From Elusimicrobiota bacterium (lineage in GTDB: Bacteria; Elusimicrobiota; Elusimicrobia; FEN-1173), in the NCBI GenBank assembly GCA_016715645.1, contig JADJZR010000008.1, positions 48,241-112,240 of the forward strand: DNA of 64,000 nt, in the 5' to 3' direction. The notes under the pieces were generated by a model, which saw nothing but the letters and a program-made list of their open reading frames with translations, was not told the origin of the DNA and ran no database searches. Made by a program: the position numbers and the translations under genes. Shown in pieces: positions 17,607-27,676 of the stretch (position 1 is its first letter; every line of letters begins with the position of its first letter).

Positions 17607-19408
17607 TTTCGATTAACAAACAGGAGACGAATGCTGAAATGAGTGTTTTTCGGTTTTTTTGTGAGATGTTTGAAAAATTTCCGCGGTTGCTTATGTTCAA
17701 TATCTCTCTTCTTTTTATCTCTGGGATCTTGGAAAGTTTAATCCTCATCACGTTGGTTCCTATCGTGGATTGTCTTTCAATGAGAGATCTGAACCTGGCC
17801 AGTCCGTGGACCCGCCATTTTTTTGCAGGGATGAATTTTGTCGGGTTGACCCCTACTTTAAAAAACCTCTTTGTCGTTCTTTTGATGTTCCAAATTGGTG
17901 CAAGCGGGTTTTTTATTATTGCCAACCATTCTGTTCTAAGGACGAAATACCTTATATCGGACAAATTGCTCGTGGAGGCCTTCCGGGATTTTTTTAGCGC
18001 GAGGTTTTGTTTTTTTAGTAACAATTCCCACGGCGCTTTACAAACGACCTTTGCCCGGTTGGTCAGCCAAGTGGGGGACGCTTTTGGAGGGCTGGGTTTG
18101 ATGGTTGTTGTGGTTTCCCGGATAATTTTTTATCTGGCTGTCCCGATGCTGATTTCATGGCAAGTGACTCTCTTGAGTGTCGTTTTATCCACAATTCTTG
18201 TTTGGCCGTTTATGAAAATGGGAAAAAGGTCATATCGTTGGGGTCAGGCGAACGTTACGACGGCCAATGACATGATGTCCCTCATCCAGGAGAGTATTGG
18301 TGGAGCCAGGGTCGTTATGGGGTTCGGAAATGAGCGGAAAAGCGAGGAGTCTCTTCGAGAAACCTATCGGAATCATTACAAAGTGTCTATTAAGTTTCAA
18401 ACGCTCAACAACATCATTCCGGTGGTTTTTAAGCCCCTGGGATTGGGGGTTTTGATCGTTGTGTTGTTCGTTGCTCGTCGCCTGGATATCCCTTTCTCAG
18501 AAATCACCATCATTGTTCTTTCATTTCTCCAGATGATTCCTTTGTTTGGCCAATTGGCAGCGAGTAAAAATGCGATTCAAAACGCCCTCCCATCCTACGA
18601 ACAAATTGAGTCATTGCGTCGGGAAGCTCGGCTCTTGGCGAACTCTTCGGGGACCCGAACGTTTTCGTCTCTAAAAGATGGAATTGAGTTTCATCATGTG
18701 GGTTTTTCCTATCGCGACCGTCCCCCCGTTCTGACGGATGTTTCGCTCAAGATCTCTCGGGGCCAGTTTGTGGCTATTGCAGGGGAGTCCGGCGTGGGAA
18801 AGTCAACTCTGGTTGATTTGATCATGGCCCTACACGATCCGTCCTCCGGCCAAATTACACTTGATGGAATCCCTTTGCGGGAGTTTGACGTAAAATCCTA
18901 TCGTAAACGCATCGGATATGTCCCTCAGGATTCCATGCTTTTCAACCGTAGTGTGAGGGAAAATCTGCTTTGGGCCAATGAAACCGCCTCAGAATCCGAC
19001 ATTCGGTTTGCCTGCCAAAGGGCCCACGCCGCAGAGTTCATTGAACAATTTCCCAAAGGATACGATACAATGATCGGCGATCGGGGCGTTCGTCTTTCGG
19101 GCGGCCAGGCTCAACGCGTGAGTCTGGCGAGGGCGATTTTGCGCGATCCACTTATCCTTATATTGGATGAGGCTACCAGCGCCTTGGACACGCAATCCGA
19201 ACGTTTAATTCAACAGGCGGTGGAAACCATTGCAAAAGGGACCACAGTCATCGCCATTGCCCATCGCCTATCCACGATCATGAATGCCGATCATATTGTT
19301 TTTTTGAGGGAAGGACGTGTGGCGGAGGAAGGGACCTACGCGAATTTGCTCAAACAAGGCGGTTATTTCGCCAAAATGGTTCAACTGCAAACGCTCAATG
19401 CTCAATAG
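17603..19408 (+). CDS. ABC exporter, fused permease + ATPase (MsbA/lipid-linked glycan flippase-like)
   Basis: Six predicted TM helices followed by Walker A GESGVGKST, signature LSGGQAQR and Walker B ILILDE. Confidence 0.85.
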   Translation: MISINKQETNAEMSVFRFFCEMFEKFPRLLMFNISLLFISGILESLILITLVPIVDCLSMRDLNLASPWTRHFFAGMNFVGLTPTLKNLFVVLLMFQIGASGFFIIANHSVLRTKYLISDKLLVEAFRDFFSARFCFFSNNSHGALQTTFARLVSQVGDAFGGLGLMVVVVSRIIFYLAVPMLISWQVTLLSVVLSTILVWPFMKMGKRSYRWGQANVTTANDMMSLIQESIGGARVVMGFGNERKSEESLRETYRNHYKVSIKFQTLNNIIPVVFKPLGLGVLIVVLFVARRLDIPFSEITIIVLSFLQMIPLFGQLAASKNAIQNALPSYEQIESLRREARLLANSSGTRTFSSLKDGIEFHHVGFSYRDRPPVLTDVSLKISRGQFVAIAGESGVGKSTLVDLIMALHDPSSGQITLDGIPLREFDVKSYRKRIGYVPQDSMLFNRSVRENLLWANETASESDIRFACQRAHAAEFIEQFPKGYDTMIGDRGVRLSGGQAQRVSLARAILRDPLILILDEATSALDTQSERLIQQAVETIAKGTTVIAIAHRLSTIMNADHIVFLREGRVAEEGTYANLLKQGGYFAKMVQLQTLNAQ

Positions 19409-19414
19409 GATTAT

Positions 19415-19423
19415 ACAAAGGCC
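19415..19423 (+). repeat. 9-bp target-site duplication (acaaaggcc), left copy
   Basis: An identical 9-mer directly abuts both inverted repeats of the IS element. Confidence 0.7.
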
Positions 19424-20739
19424 CACTACTGTCCGGTTAAGAAGTGATGAGCAGTAACTGTTTTCCGGCGAGGCGACTCTCGGTTTCCGAACGATTTTCC
19501 GAAAGTGACTGATTGATATCGCTTTTCTCGAAAATGGAAATGCTGAGGATCTGCAGGATTTCGTTCAGACTTCGAGAAATGTTCCGCTCTTTTTTGAGGA
19601 GAGCGACCAGGACGTAAACTGTGATGGCGATCCAGATTTGAGTCTTGACCGCATTCTCTGATGTCCCGTAGAACGTCTTGATGCGCAGATTTTGTTTGAT
19701 CCATTTGAAGAAAAGCTCCACCCGCCAGCGGGCCTTGTAAAGTTGCGCGATGGTCAAGGCAGGGAGAGAAAAGTTGTTGGTCAAAAAGACCAAATGCTTC
19801 TTTGTTTCGGGGTCGATGTAGTGAATGCGTCGGAGGACGTCTGGATAATTTTGAGATGGGTAGAACCCTCTCAAGCGGATGGTTTGATCGGAACAGAGTC
19901 CGGTGGTTTTGTCTACTGCCTGCGAAGACACGTGATTGAATTTCATATTTCGTTTGGCTCGGGTCACAAAGAAGGCCGCGCTCTGGGTGATGACATAAAG
20001 CCGGGAAAAATCGATGTAGCCCCGGTCCATCATGTAGAAAGCACCGGCCTCTAAAATAAGATGGTCCAGAGCGTTGACATCGTGGACTTTTCCGTCGGTA
20101 ATGTGAATAAAACAGGGAATGCTTCCCCGCAGATCGATGAGCGTATGGAGCTTGACGGCAGCCTTGTGTTTGCGAAAGCGAGCCCACGGGAACAGCGAGA
20201 GACAGAGATCGGTGGTTGTCGAATCGAATGCGTAGGCGGTCTGATTCAAATCGACACCGAAAGAATCTTTGGCGTATAGAGTTCTGGCTCGCTGAATCAG
20301 GATGTGAGCGAAGTCGGCATAGATGCGCCAATCGCGCGTTTCGTTGGCATCGGCCAAAGTGCTTTTGAACATTTGGCCACGAAAGCCCATGTGATAAAGT
20401 CGGGACTGCATCGGGCGCAAACACGTTTCGATATCTCGAAGGCTTTCCCGGTAAGTCAGCTGGGCAAAAGCCATCGATAAAAACTGGTCCCAGCAGGAGA
20501 ACCGGCGGAGACGACGATCTCCCCGATAGCGATGAACGCACTTTCTGAAATCGTGCAAAGGAACGTGATCCATGATTTGGGCAAACGCAGTCCGTCCGGT
20601 GTTCATAGGCCATCCCCTCCCCTGTGGAATGGCCAAAGAGTAACATGAATTTCAAATCGATTACAGGCATTATTGTTTTCAATCCTTTGTCTTTAATGCA
20701 TTTTCAGCAATTTCTGTTTCGCTTAACCGGACAGCAGTG
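19424..20739 (-). mobile_element. IS4-family (DDE) insertion sequence, about 1.3 kb, with 18-bp imperfect terminal inverted repeats (17/18 match)
   Basis: Left IR cactactgtccggttaag (19424-19441) versus the reverse complement of the right IR cttaaccggacagcagtg (20722-20739). A single transposase ORF lies inside. Confidence 0.75.
19437..20636 (-). CDS. IS4-family DDE transposase
   Basis: N-terminus MAIPQGRGW...FSCWDQFLSMAFAQLTYRESLRDIE is a typical IS4-family leader; 399 aa. The overlapping 418-aa ORF in another frame is taken to be an artefact. Confidence 0.75.
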   Translation of the reverse strand: MAIPQGRGWPMNTGRTAFAQIMDHVPLHDFRKCVHRYRGDRRLRRFSCWDQFLSMAFAQLTYRESLRDIETCLRPMQSRLYHMGFRGQMFKSTLADANETRDWRIYADFAHILIQRARTLYAKDSFGVDLNQTAYAFDSTTTDLCLSLFPWARFRKHKAAVKLHTLIDLRGSIPCFIHITDGKVHDVNALDHLILEAGAFYMMDRGYIDFSRLYVITQSAAFFVTRAKRNMKFNHVSSQAVDKTTGLCSDQTIRLRGFYPSQNYPDVLRRIHYIDPETKKHLVFLTNNFSLPALTIAQLYKARWRVELFFKWIKQNLRIKTFYGTSENAVKTQIWIAITVYVLVALLKKERNISRSLNEILQILSISIFEKSDINQSLSENRSETESRLAGKQLLLITS

Positions 20740-20748
20740 ACAAAGGCC
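20740..20748 (+). repeat. 9-bp target-site duplication (acaaaggcc), right copy
   Basis: See the left copy; it lies 3 nt upstream of the ATG of the downstream aminotransferase. Confidence 0.7.
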
Positions 20749-20751
20749 ATT

Positions 20752-21864
20752 ATGGACATTAAAAAAATAGACTGGTGGAGGACTTCATTCGGTCAAGAAG
20801 AAATCAGTATGTTGACGAAATCAATGTCCGAAGAACATATTAGCCAAGGTCCCGTCACGGCTGAATTTGAAGCGCAATTCGCCAAGGCGATGAATGTCCC
20901 CTACGCTGTTGCGACCACCAGCGGGAGTGTCGCTCTCCTGATGTCTCTTATGGCCATGGGCGTAAAGAGAGGGGATGAGGTGATCGTGTCCAATCGCACG
21001 TTCATTGCGACGGCTCATGCTCCTCTGATGTTGGGGGCAAAAGTCGTCCTTGTTGATGTTCACCGGGACGTCCCTGTTATGGACGTTTCTTTAATTAAGA
21101 AAAAAATCACGGCTCGGACCAAGGCCATTATGCCGGTACATCTGTGTGGTCGTGCGGTTGATCTGGCGGGAATTCATCGCCTTGCCAAGGCCTATGGGCT
21201 TTGTGTCATCGAGGATGCCTGTCAAGCGATGTTTTCAAAAAACGAGAGGGGGTATTTGGGCACACAATCCGATGTGGGTTGTTTTTCGTTGGGTGTCACT
21301 AAACTTATATCATCGGGACAGGGCGGGGTTGTTGTAACCAGCAATCGCCGCACATACGAAGAATTGAAATTAATTCGCAACCATGGAGTTCCTGGAACAT
21401 TCGAAGCCACCTATCCGCGGTTAGGGTTTAATTTCAAATTTACCGATATTCAGGCCGCCATCGGGTTGGCTCAACTCCGTCGAGTAAAGGATCGATTATT
21501 GAAGCTTCATTCCCTTTACCGGAAATACGAAGGTAACTTGAAGGAGCTCGATTTTCCGTTTCTGAGATTAATTCCCGTGAATGTGAACGCTGGCGAAGTC
21601 CCCCTTTATATTGAGGCGCTGTGTCAAAATAGAGATTCCGTTCGGAATTATCTAAACAGTCGAGGAATTGAGGTGCGGCCCTTTCTTCCCAATCTCAATC
21701 AATCCCCACATATCAAAAATGGAGGATCCTTCCCCCATTCGACCGAATTTTCAAAGCACGGGTTCTTTCTCCCCTCAGGCCCGGATCAATCAGACTCTAA
21801 CGTTGATCGGGTTCTAAACGCTATGCAATCTTATGTTAGAAGAAAAAAAATAGGTTTATTCTGA
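20752..21864 (+). CDS. DegT/DnrJ/EryC1/StrS-family PLP-dependent sugar aminotransferase
   Basis: ATG at 20752 (MDIKKIDWW). The ORF-track start at 20737 lies inside the IS inverted repeat. Typical DegT motifs are present, and the catalytic Lys is in ...SLGVTKLISSGQGG. Confidence 0.8.
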   Translation: MDIKKIDWWRTSFGQEEISMLTKSMSEEHISQGPVTAEFEAQFAKAMNVPYAVATTSGSVALLMSLMAMGVKRGDEVIVSNRTFIATAHAPLMLGAKVVLVDVHRDVPVMDVSLIKKKITARTKAIMPVHLCGRAVDLAGIHRLAKAYGLCVIEDACQAMFSKNERGYLGTQSDVGCFSLGVTKLISSGQGGVVVTSNRRTYEELKLIRNHGVPGTFEATYPRLGFNFKFTDIQAAIGLAQLRRVKDRLLKLHSLYRKYEGNLKELDFPFLRLIPVNVNAGEVPLYIEALCQNRDSVRNYLNSRGIEVRPFLPNLNQSPHIKNGGSFPHSTEFSKHGFFLPSGPDQSDSNVDRVLNAMQSYVRRKKIGLF

Positions 21865-22571
21865 TGGTGGATTCAAAAAAAGTCGCTGTTTTGGGATTTC
21901 AAGAAGGAGTTGCCGGTCAGGTGGACTCATGGTTTGAAATGGCCACGGGCCTTCAGATTTCTTGTTTTGTCCTTGAGGCGGATGATTTTCCCCCGATTGA
22001 CGTCGAGGCAGAAAATAGAAAACGTGTTTCCCAGCGAATGGAGTATCCAACAAAAGGCCAGTACAAAGGACGCCCCTTTATTATCGCGCTGGATTGGGCG
22101 AAGCATTTGAAAAGGCTTGGGATATCGAAAGTTCTCCCACTCACTCCGGATAACCGGGTTCGGTTTCATCAATTGGAGGTGTGTCATCAAGAAGGTTTTC
22201 AATTGATTTCCGCTATTCATCCAAGTGTAATCATTCTTCCCGGGGCCACGATCCAACCAGGGGTATGGATTAATGCGGGCAGTATCATCGGATATAAATC
22301 GGAAATTGAGGAAGGCGTCTTTATCAATACGGGCGTGAAGATTGACCACCATAACGTTTTAAAGCGGTGTTGTCAGGTGGACCCCGGCGTGGTAACGGCT
22401 GGGAATGTGACACTTCGGGAGTGTAGCCACGTTCATACCGCCGCCACCCTTATCAATCGTGTTGAAATTGGGGAAGACGCGATCGTGGGGGCGGGGGCGG
22501 TGGTCCTCGATTCAGTTCCGCCAAAAGTGGTCACGGTGGGAGTTCCATCGAAAGTGATTCGCCATGTCTAA
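21864..22571 (+). CDS. Sugar N/O-acetyltransferase, NeuD/PglD family (hexapeptide-repeat left-handed beta-helix)
   Basis: N-terminal Rossmann-like VAVLGFQEG followed by hexapeptide repeats (IGEDAIVGAGAVV). Confidence 0.65.
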   Translation: MVDSKKVAVLGFQEGVAGQVDSWFEMATGLQISCFVLEADDFPPIDVEAENRKRVSQRMEYPTKGQYKGRPFIIALDWAKHLKRLGISKVLPLTPDNRVRFHQLEVCHQEGFQLISAIHPSVIILPGATIQPGVWINAGSIIGYKSEIEEGVFINTGVKIDHHNVLKRCCQVDPGVVTAGNVTLRECSHVHTAATLINRVEIGEDAIVGAGAVVLDSVPPKVVTVGVPSKVIRHV

Positions 22572-24426
22572 GCTAAAAATTGGTTTGAGTTCATTGCTGA
22601 GCAATCATACGACAAAAGACATTTTCCTGCTCATTGGTGTGTATTTCTTAAGCTATGGGTTTATGTTGTTGAATCCGGGTATTTATTGGGACGACTGGTT
22701 TATATCAACACACACTTTGCCAGACCTAATTAGTCATTGGGGAATGTGTGGCGGGAGTTTGTTCATTCGGATTCATCATGGCATTCTCGGTTATGATAAT
22801 GCTGTTTTAATTTTCCGTTTGCTCATCTTCACGGCTTATTTTTTGGGGATGATTTTCTTTTACTTGTTTTTAAAAGAAATAAAAATACTCGGAGGATCAA
22901 AGCCATTTTGGTTATGTCTGCTGATCTCCGTATATCCTGTCAGCCAGGGAAGATTGGCTTTGATTCTAACTTATAATGCTTGGAGTTATTGTTTTTTTGC
23001 CTTAGGTTTGTGGTTGACATTGCTCTGGGTTCGTCGCCCGAACCTTGTATTTCGATGGGGGGCGCTTTTATCCTTTAATCTTTCTTTCTTCACCAATTCA
23101 TTCTTAGTCATTTACGCCGTTGTCCCTCTCCTCTTGCTTGGGGATTCAATTAAAAAATTCCCCAAGAATCTCCGGTCAATATGTATTGATGTATTGAAAC
23201 GGGTTGATTTTTTTGTTCTGCCGTTGTTATTTTGGCTAGCGAGATTGAAGTATTGGTCGCCGGACTCAGGTTCAGGTTACAATGAGATCGTATTCATGCC
23301 ATTACAAGTGCTCTTCATACAATTTACCAAGGCTTTCCATTCTTCATTTTTAGGTGTTTTTGAACTCCTTTTTGGTAGGCTGGACGGGTCACTGTCTCGA
23401 AGTGTGTTGTTCGCAGGCGCTTTCGTGCTATGTTTTAGAGCATTGATGGAAAAAGTGGGGGACACGAAGTGGAAGTTTGTCGCCACTGGATGGGGGCTTC
23501 TCTGTGTCGCCTCCTATTTTTATGTGCTTTACCCGTTTCCATATGTGGATGGATTTCCCGCCTCGGATTTATTTTTAATAATCACATGTCTTTTCGTTTT
23601 CGGGGAAACTTTTGAGACTGAAACCCTTGAGCCTGTTCAAAGGAACGAGGAACTCATGAATTGCGGATTGATACTCTGCGGTGCTTTCCTTTTCCTATTG
23701 GGGGTGTACCCCTACATTGCAGTCTGGAAGGTTCCCCGCCCGGTGGATTTTGATTCGCGTTACGAACTCATCGTTCCGTTCGGCGCTGGTTTTATGGTTT
23801 ATGGAACGGTTTGCCTTGTGGGTTCTCATTTTAAGTTTCGAAAGATTTACAACAAAATCTTATTAAGCACGTTGATCATTTTCTTTGTTGGATTGAATGT
23901 CAGGAGTTTATTTTTGTGGCAGTGTGATTACTACAAACAATGCGCCATTATGGCGCGCCTTCGTGTGATCCCTCCCCCCGTTTTTGATTCAAAGATAGTG
24001 GTGGTTGACGATGAAACAGGTGCAATTAATGCGTGGGGGCGAAAGTATTATCACTATGAATGGGAAGGGTTCATTCGTTTCGCTCTAAATAGTGATGAAC
24101 AGATTGGAACGGACTATAGGAATTTTAAGTGGATGGACTACCGGGGTGTCAGGAGAAAAGGGGGAGAATCAAAATTGATCGTAAGAAACACCTATGGGCG
24201 TCACCATCGACCCTGTCTTATCATCACAGCCCCTCCGCTTTCTCCGTTCGAGGAGCAGGAGAGCTCCCTCTCCTTCCCATCGAGATTTCGAAAGGATTGC
24301 CTGCGCCTCCTGTGGCTCGAACTGTTTTATCCGGAGGATTTCCAGAAAAAAATTGGTCAAATGCTTGATTTGAAATGGATTTGCACGTGTGAAATAAATG
24401 AAAAAAATCGCCATCGTTCAATCTAA
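22564..24426 (+). CDS. Polytopic membrane protein with C-terminal soluble domain; candidate GT-C glycosyltransferase/polymerase
   Basis: At least 11 hydrophobic segments over the first ~450 aa, then a ~170-aa hydrophilic tail. No specific family recognised. Confidence 0.35.
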   Translation: MSKLKIGLSSLLSNHTTKDIFLLIGVYFLSYGFMLLNPGIYWDDWFISTHTLPDLISHWGMCGGSLFIRIHHGILGYDNAVLIFRLLIFTAYFLGMIFFYLFLKEIKILGGSKPFWLCLLISVYPVSQGRLALILTYNAWSYCFFALGLWLTLLWVRRPNLVFRWGALLSFNLSFFTNSFLVIYAVVPLLLLGDSIKKFPKNLRSICIDVLKRVDFFVLPLLFWLARLKYWSPDSGSGYNEIVFMPLQVLFIQFTKAFHSSFLGVFELLFGRLDGSLSRSVLFAGAFVLCFRALMEKVGDTKWKFVATGWGLLCVASYFYVLYPFPYVDGFPASDLFLIITCLFVFGETFETETLEPVQRNEELMNCGLILCGAFLFLLGVYPYIAVWKVPRPVDFDSRYELIVPFGAGFMVYGTVCLVGSHFKFRKIYNKILLSTLIIFFVGLNVRSLFLWQCDYYKQCAIMARLRVIPPPVFDSKIVVVDDETGAINAWGRKYYHYEWEGFIRFALNSDEQIGTDYRNFKWMDYRGVRRKGGESKLIVRNTYGRHHRPCLIITAPPLSPFEEQESSLSFPSRFRKDCLRLLWLELFYPEDFQKKIGQMLDLKWICTCEINEKNRHRSI

Positions 24427-25093
24427 TTATATTCCGTGGAAGGGCTACTTTGATTTGATTGCGGCTGTCGACGAATTTATCTTATATGATGATGTTCAAT
24501 ACACCCGGCGGGATTGGCGAAATCGGAATCAAATAAAGACTCCGCGGGGAGTGGAATGGATGACCGTGCCCGTGAAGGTCAAGGGTCGGTTTGAACAAAT
24601 CGTTCGCAAGACGGAGGTCGATGGGGTGAAATGGGCAAAGGATCACTGGAAATCGCTCGTGCAAAACTACCGATCCGCCCCTTGTTTTGGCGGAATAGCA
24701 TCCTGGCTTGAGCCACTTTACCTCAATGAGGAATATACCCACCTTTCGCAACTGAATCATCGGTTTATGAGCGCCATCTCCTCATTCCTTGGAATTACAA
24801 CACCGATTCGCCATTCGAGGGATTACCCCTTGTCGGAAGGCCGATCGAAACGATTGGCCGAGCTTTGTGTGTCCGTGGGGGCGACCGAATACATATCGGG
24901 TCCTGCAGCCAGAGAGTACATCGACGAAACCGTGTTTGCCGCACGTGGTATCACGCTAAAATGGTTCGATTACGCCGGCTATCCGGAGTATCCTCAACTT
25001 TGGGGGAAATTTGTTCATGGGGTTTCCATCCTGGATTTGTTGTTCAATTGCGGGAAGGACGCTCCACGATACATGAGGTATGTGCGATCATGA
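24398..25093 (+). CDS. WbqC-family protein
   Basis: [48 protein letters not shown] is diagnostic of the WbqC-like family. Confidence 0.7.
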   Translation: MKKIAIVQSNYIPWKGYFDLIAAVDEFILYDDVQYTRRDWRNRNQIKTPRGVEWMTVPVKVKGRFEQIVRKTEVDGVKWAKDHWKSLVQNYRSAPCFGGIASWLEPLYLNEEYTHLSQLNHRFMSAISSFLGITTPIRHSRDYPLSEGRSKRLAELCVSVGATEYISGPAAREYIDETVFAARGITLKWFDYAGYPEYPQLWGKFVHGVSILDLLFNCGKDAPRYMRYVRS

Positions 25094-26016
25094 AACTATC
25101 CATTGTTTCGACCCTTTATCGATCGGCTTCTCACCTTCCCGAGTTTTACTACCGTTCCAGCCAAGCCGCCCAGAAACTTGTTGGGGACGACTATGAGATT
25201 GTCTTGGTGAACGATGGTTCGCCCGATAACAGTTTGGAGATCGCGGTCAGCCTCGCGCAAAAGGACAAACACATCGTGGTTGTTGATTTGTCGCGCAACT
25301 TCGGTCATCACAAGGCTATGCGAACGGGTTTGGAGTATTCCTTAGGGGAGAGAATGTTTCTCATTGACAGTGATCTTGAAGAACAACCCGAGTGGCTCTT
25401 TACGTTTTCTTCGACCATGATGGAGGAATCGGCCGACGTGGTCTTTGGTGTCCAATTGAATCGTAAAGGCAATTGGTTTGAACGATGGAGTGGTTACATG
25501 TACTACTCTGTTTTCAAATGGTTGTGCAATATCCAGCATCCGCGGGATATCGTCACCGCTCGCCTCATGTCACGTCGTTACGTCAAGGCGTTCCTGCAGT
25601 TCCCTGAAAAGGAAGCCCCCATTTCTTGTCTTTGGTTGCTAACGGGATTTAAACAGTGCCAACAGGTTGTGAAAAAACAGATGCGTAGTCCATCGACCTA
25701 CTCCGTACCAAAAAAAATACAACTTGCGATGGACTCTATTACCTCATTTAGTGAGGTCCCTTTAAAGATCATTTTCTATTTGGGGGCATCGATTTTTATT
25801 TGCGCACTTTTTTACAGCGCTTATCTTGTGTTTATTCGTTTGGCGCATTCCCAAGCCGTTGATGGATGGACGTCTGTCATGGTGTCCGTTTGGCTTCTGG
25901 GGGGGGGGGGCATATCATTTATTGGCTTGTTGGGAATTTACATTTCCAAGATATTCCTGGAAGCAAAACAGCGGCCACACGCCATTGTGAGGGAAATCCA
26001 TGGGCGATCTCACTGA
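25090..26016 (+). CDS. GT2-family glycosyltransferase (polyprenyl-phosphate sugar transferase-like; C-terminal TM helices)
   Basis: ATGA overlap start at 25090. [14 protein letters not shown] and DLSRNFGHH (a DxD region). The C-terminal membrane anchor contains the G12 tract. Confidence 0.75.
   Translation: MKLSIVSTLYRSASHLPEFYYRSSQAAQKLVGDDYEIVLVNDGSPDNSLEIAVSLAQKDKHIVVVDLSRNFGHHKAMRTGLEYSLGERMFLIDSDLEEQPEWLFTFSSTMMEESADVVFGVQLNRKGNWFERWSGYMYYSVFKWLCNIQHPRDIVTARLMSRRYVKAFLQFPEKEAPISCLWLLTGFKQCQQVVKKQMRSPSTYSVPKKIQLAMDSITSFSEVPLKIIFYLGASIFICALFYSAYLVFIRLAHSQAVDGWTSVMVSVWLLGGGGISFIGLLGIYISKIFLEAKQRPHAIVREIHGRSH
25899..25910 (+). repeat. Homopolymeric G12 tract inside the GT2 coding sequence (encodes GGGG in the C-terminal TM region)
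   Basis: Read directly: ctgg-gggggggggg-cat. Confidence 0.9.
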
Positions 26017-26695
26017 CAACATCAATTCTCGCTACGAACAATTCTATGGAAAGAGAACCGGCCTTCGTGTGTATCCAACGGAATTCGTCGTTCGAACTTT
26101 TTTGGCAAACTATCCAAATTTGACTTTTCCTAAGCCTAGCCCCGGCAATCGTGTGCTTGATGTGGGATTTGGCGATGGTCGGAATACTATTTTCCTCTGC
26201 GATCAGGGTTTTGCCGTGAGTGGTACTGAAATCACACAGGGGATTGTTGATCAGACGAAGGCCAGGGTTCAGAGGTTGGGTTTTCGAGCGGATTTGAAGG
26301 TTGGCAGAAACAGCCATCTTCCCTTCGGCGATGAATTCTTCGACTACCTTCTCGCCTGCCATTGTTGTTATTATTGTGACGAGGGGGTATCTTTTTCTGA
26401 CAACCTAAACGAGTATGCCCGGGTTTTAAAGAGCGGGGCCTATTTGGTGGCATCGGTGGCCAGCCGTTCGTCTTTCATATTCGACCAGGCGGTTGCGCTC
26501 GATGACGGATCGCTTGTCGTTAAGTTAGATCCATACGGTAATCGCAATGGATATCGTTTGCAAGCATTTGACACGAAGGAACAGATCCGCGATTATTTTT
26601 CTCGTTGGTTCAGTAATTTTTCATTCGGGTATGCGGATAATGACTACTATGGTATTTCAGAGCGTGTTTTCTGGGTTGTTTGCCAAAGGATTTGA
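26000..26695 (+). CDS. Class I SAM-dependent methyltransferase
   Basis: VLDVGFGDGRNTIFL motif I. Confidence 0.6.
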   Translation: MGDLTDNINSRYEQFYGKRTGLRVYPTEFVVRTFLANYPNLTFPKPSPGNRVLDVGFGDGRNTIFLCDQGFAVSGTEITQGIVDQTKARVQRLGFRADLKVGRNSHLPFGDEFFDYLLACHCCYYCDEGVSFSDNLNEYARVLKSGAYLVASVASRSSFIFDQAVALDDGSLVVKLDPYGNRNGYRLQAFDTKEQIRDYFSRWFSNFSFGYADNDYYGISERVFWVVCQRI

Positions 26696-26698
26696 GAT

Positions 26699-27676
26699 AT
26701 GAGCAATAATTCTGTCTATTGTTGCATTGAGCCTGCATGTTTAAAGGGGCGTTTAGCTAAAGGCCAAGAGGGCCTTTCTTGTTGTAACGGACATTTTATT
26801 CCATTTATCCCGTCCACGGATGTCCCCGTTTTTAATTGTGACCCGAAAGATTCAAATGAGTATACGCGTTTAAACGCGGGGGAAATACATGAAAATTCAC
26901 TCCGCTGGCTTTTTTCAACTTTTGGCGACGACGAAGTCAGTTTTAGGGAGCGGCTCATTACTCGGCTGTTTCTAAAAAAAGGGTCTCGGGTGCTGGTCAC
27001 CGGCGCGGGAGCTGGTAACGACTTGCCTTTCTTGATCCGCGCGCTGGAGGGAAAGGGAGAAATCTTTGCACAGGACATCGCGAAGGAAATGATCCTTGTT
27101 GGAATTTCTCGATATAAAAATGATTTCCCTCGTTCTGATGTTAATGTGTATTTTTCAGTTTCCGATGCGACTACTCTTCCTTTTTTAGATGATTTCTTTG
27201 ACTCCGCCTACCATTTCGGCGGCATCAACTTGTTTTCGAATATCAAACGCGGTATCGCCGAGATGAACCGTGTGGTAAAGGCGGAGGGGCGTGTTGTGAT
27301 CGGTGATGAAGGACTCGCCCCCTGGCTTACGCGAACCGAATATGGGGAGATGCTGGTTAAAAATAACCCGCTCTATTCTTGTGCGCCTCCCCTCTCGGCC
27401 ATTCCGGAAACAGCGAGGGCGGTTAATCTTTCTTGGGAATTGGGCAATTGTTATTACATTATTGAATTTCAAGTGTCCAAAACCCCCTTATCGATCAATA
27501 TTGATATTCCACACAAGGGCAAGCGGGGGGGCACCCTTCGGACACGCTACTATGGACAACTGGAAGGGGTTGACCCCAACTTACGCGATAGAATTTATGC
27601 GGAAGCGGAGCGGCAGGGTGTCAGCCGGGTTAATTTCCTTGAATCAATTTTGCGTGCATCCCTTCGGGGGGATTGA
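26699..27676 (+). CDS. Methyltransferase-like protein with N-terminal Cys-rich (Zn-ribbon-like) segment
   Basis: An N-terminal Cys cluster (CCIEPACL...CCNGH) followed by VLVTGAGAGNDLPFL (motif-I-like). The C-terminus is unrecognised. Confidence 0.4.
   Translation: MSNNSVYCCIEPACLKGRLAKGQEGLSCCNGHFIPFIPSTDVPVFNCDPKDSNEYTRLNAGEIHENSLRWLFSTFGDDEVSFRERLITRLFLKKGSRVLVTGAGAGNDLPFLIRALEGKGEIFAQDIAKEMILVGISRYKNDFPRSDVNVYFSVSDATTLPFLDDFFDSAYHFGGINLFSNIKRGIAEMNRVVKAEGRVVIGDEGLAPWLTRTEYGEMLVKNNPLYSCAPPLSAIPETARAVNLSWELGNCYYIIEFQVSKTPLSINIDIPHKGKRGGTLRTRYYGQLEGVDPNLRDRIYAEAERQGVSRVNFLESILRASLRGD

Noticed and set aside
19426-20682. 418-aa minus-strand ORF overlapping the IS4 transposase in another frame
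   Set aside because: The 399-aa frame carries the recognisable IS4 N-terminal motif. The other frame is Arg/Ser/Pro-rich with no motifs.
20737-20751. ORF-track start (GTG 20737) of the DegT aminotransferase
   Set aside because: That codon lies within the right inverted repeat of the IS element. The ATG at 20752, preceded by the aaagg of the target duplication, is the more plausible start.
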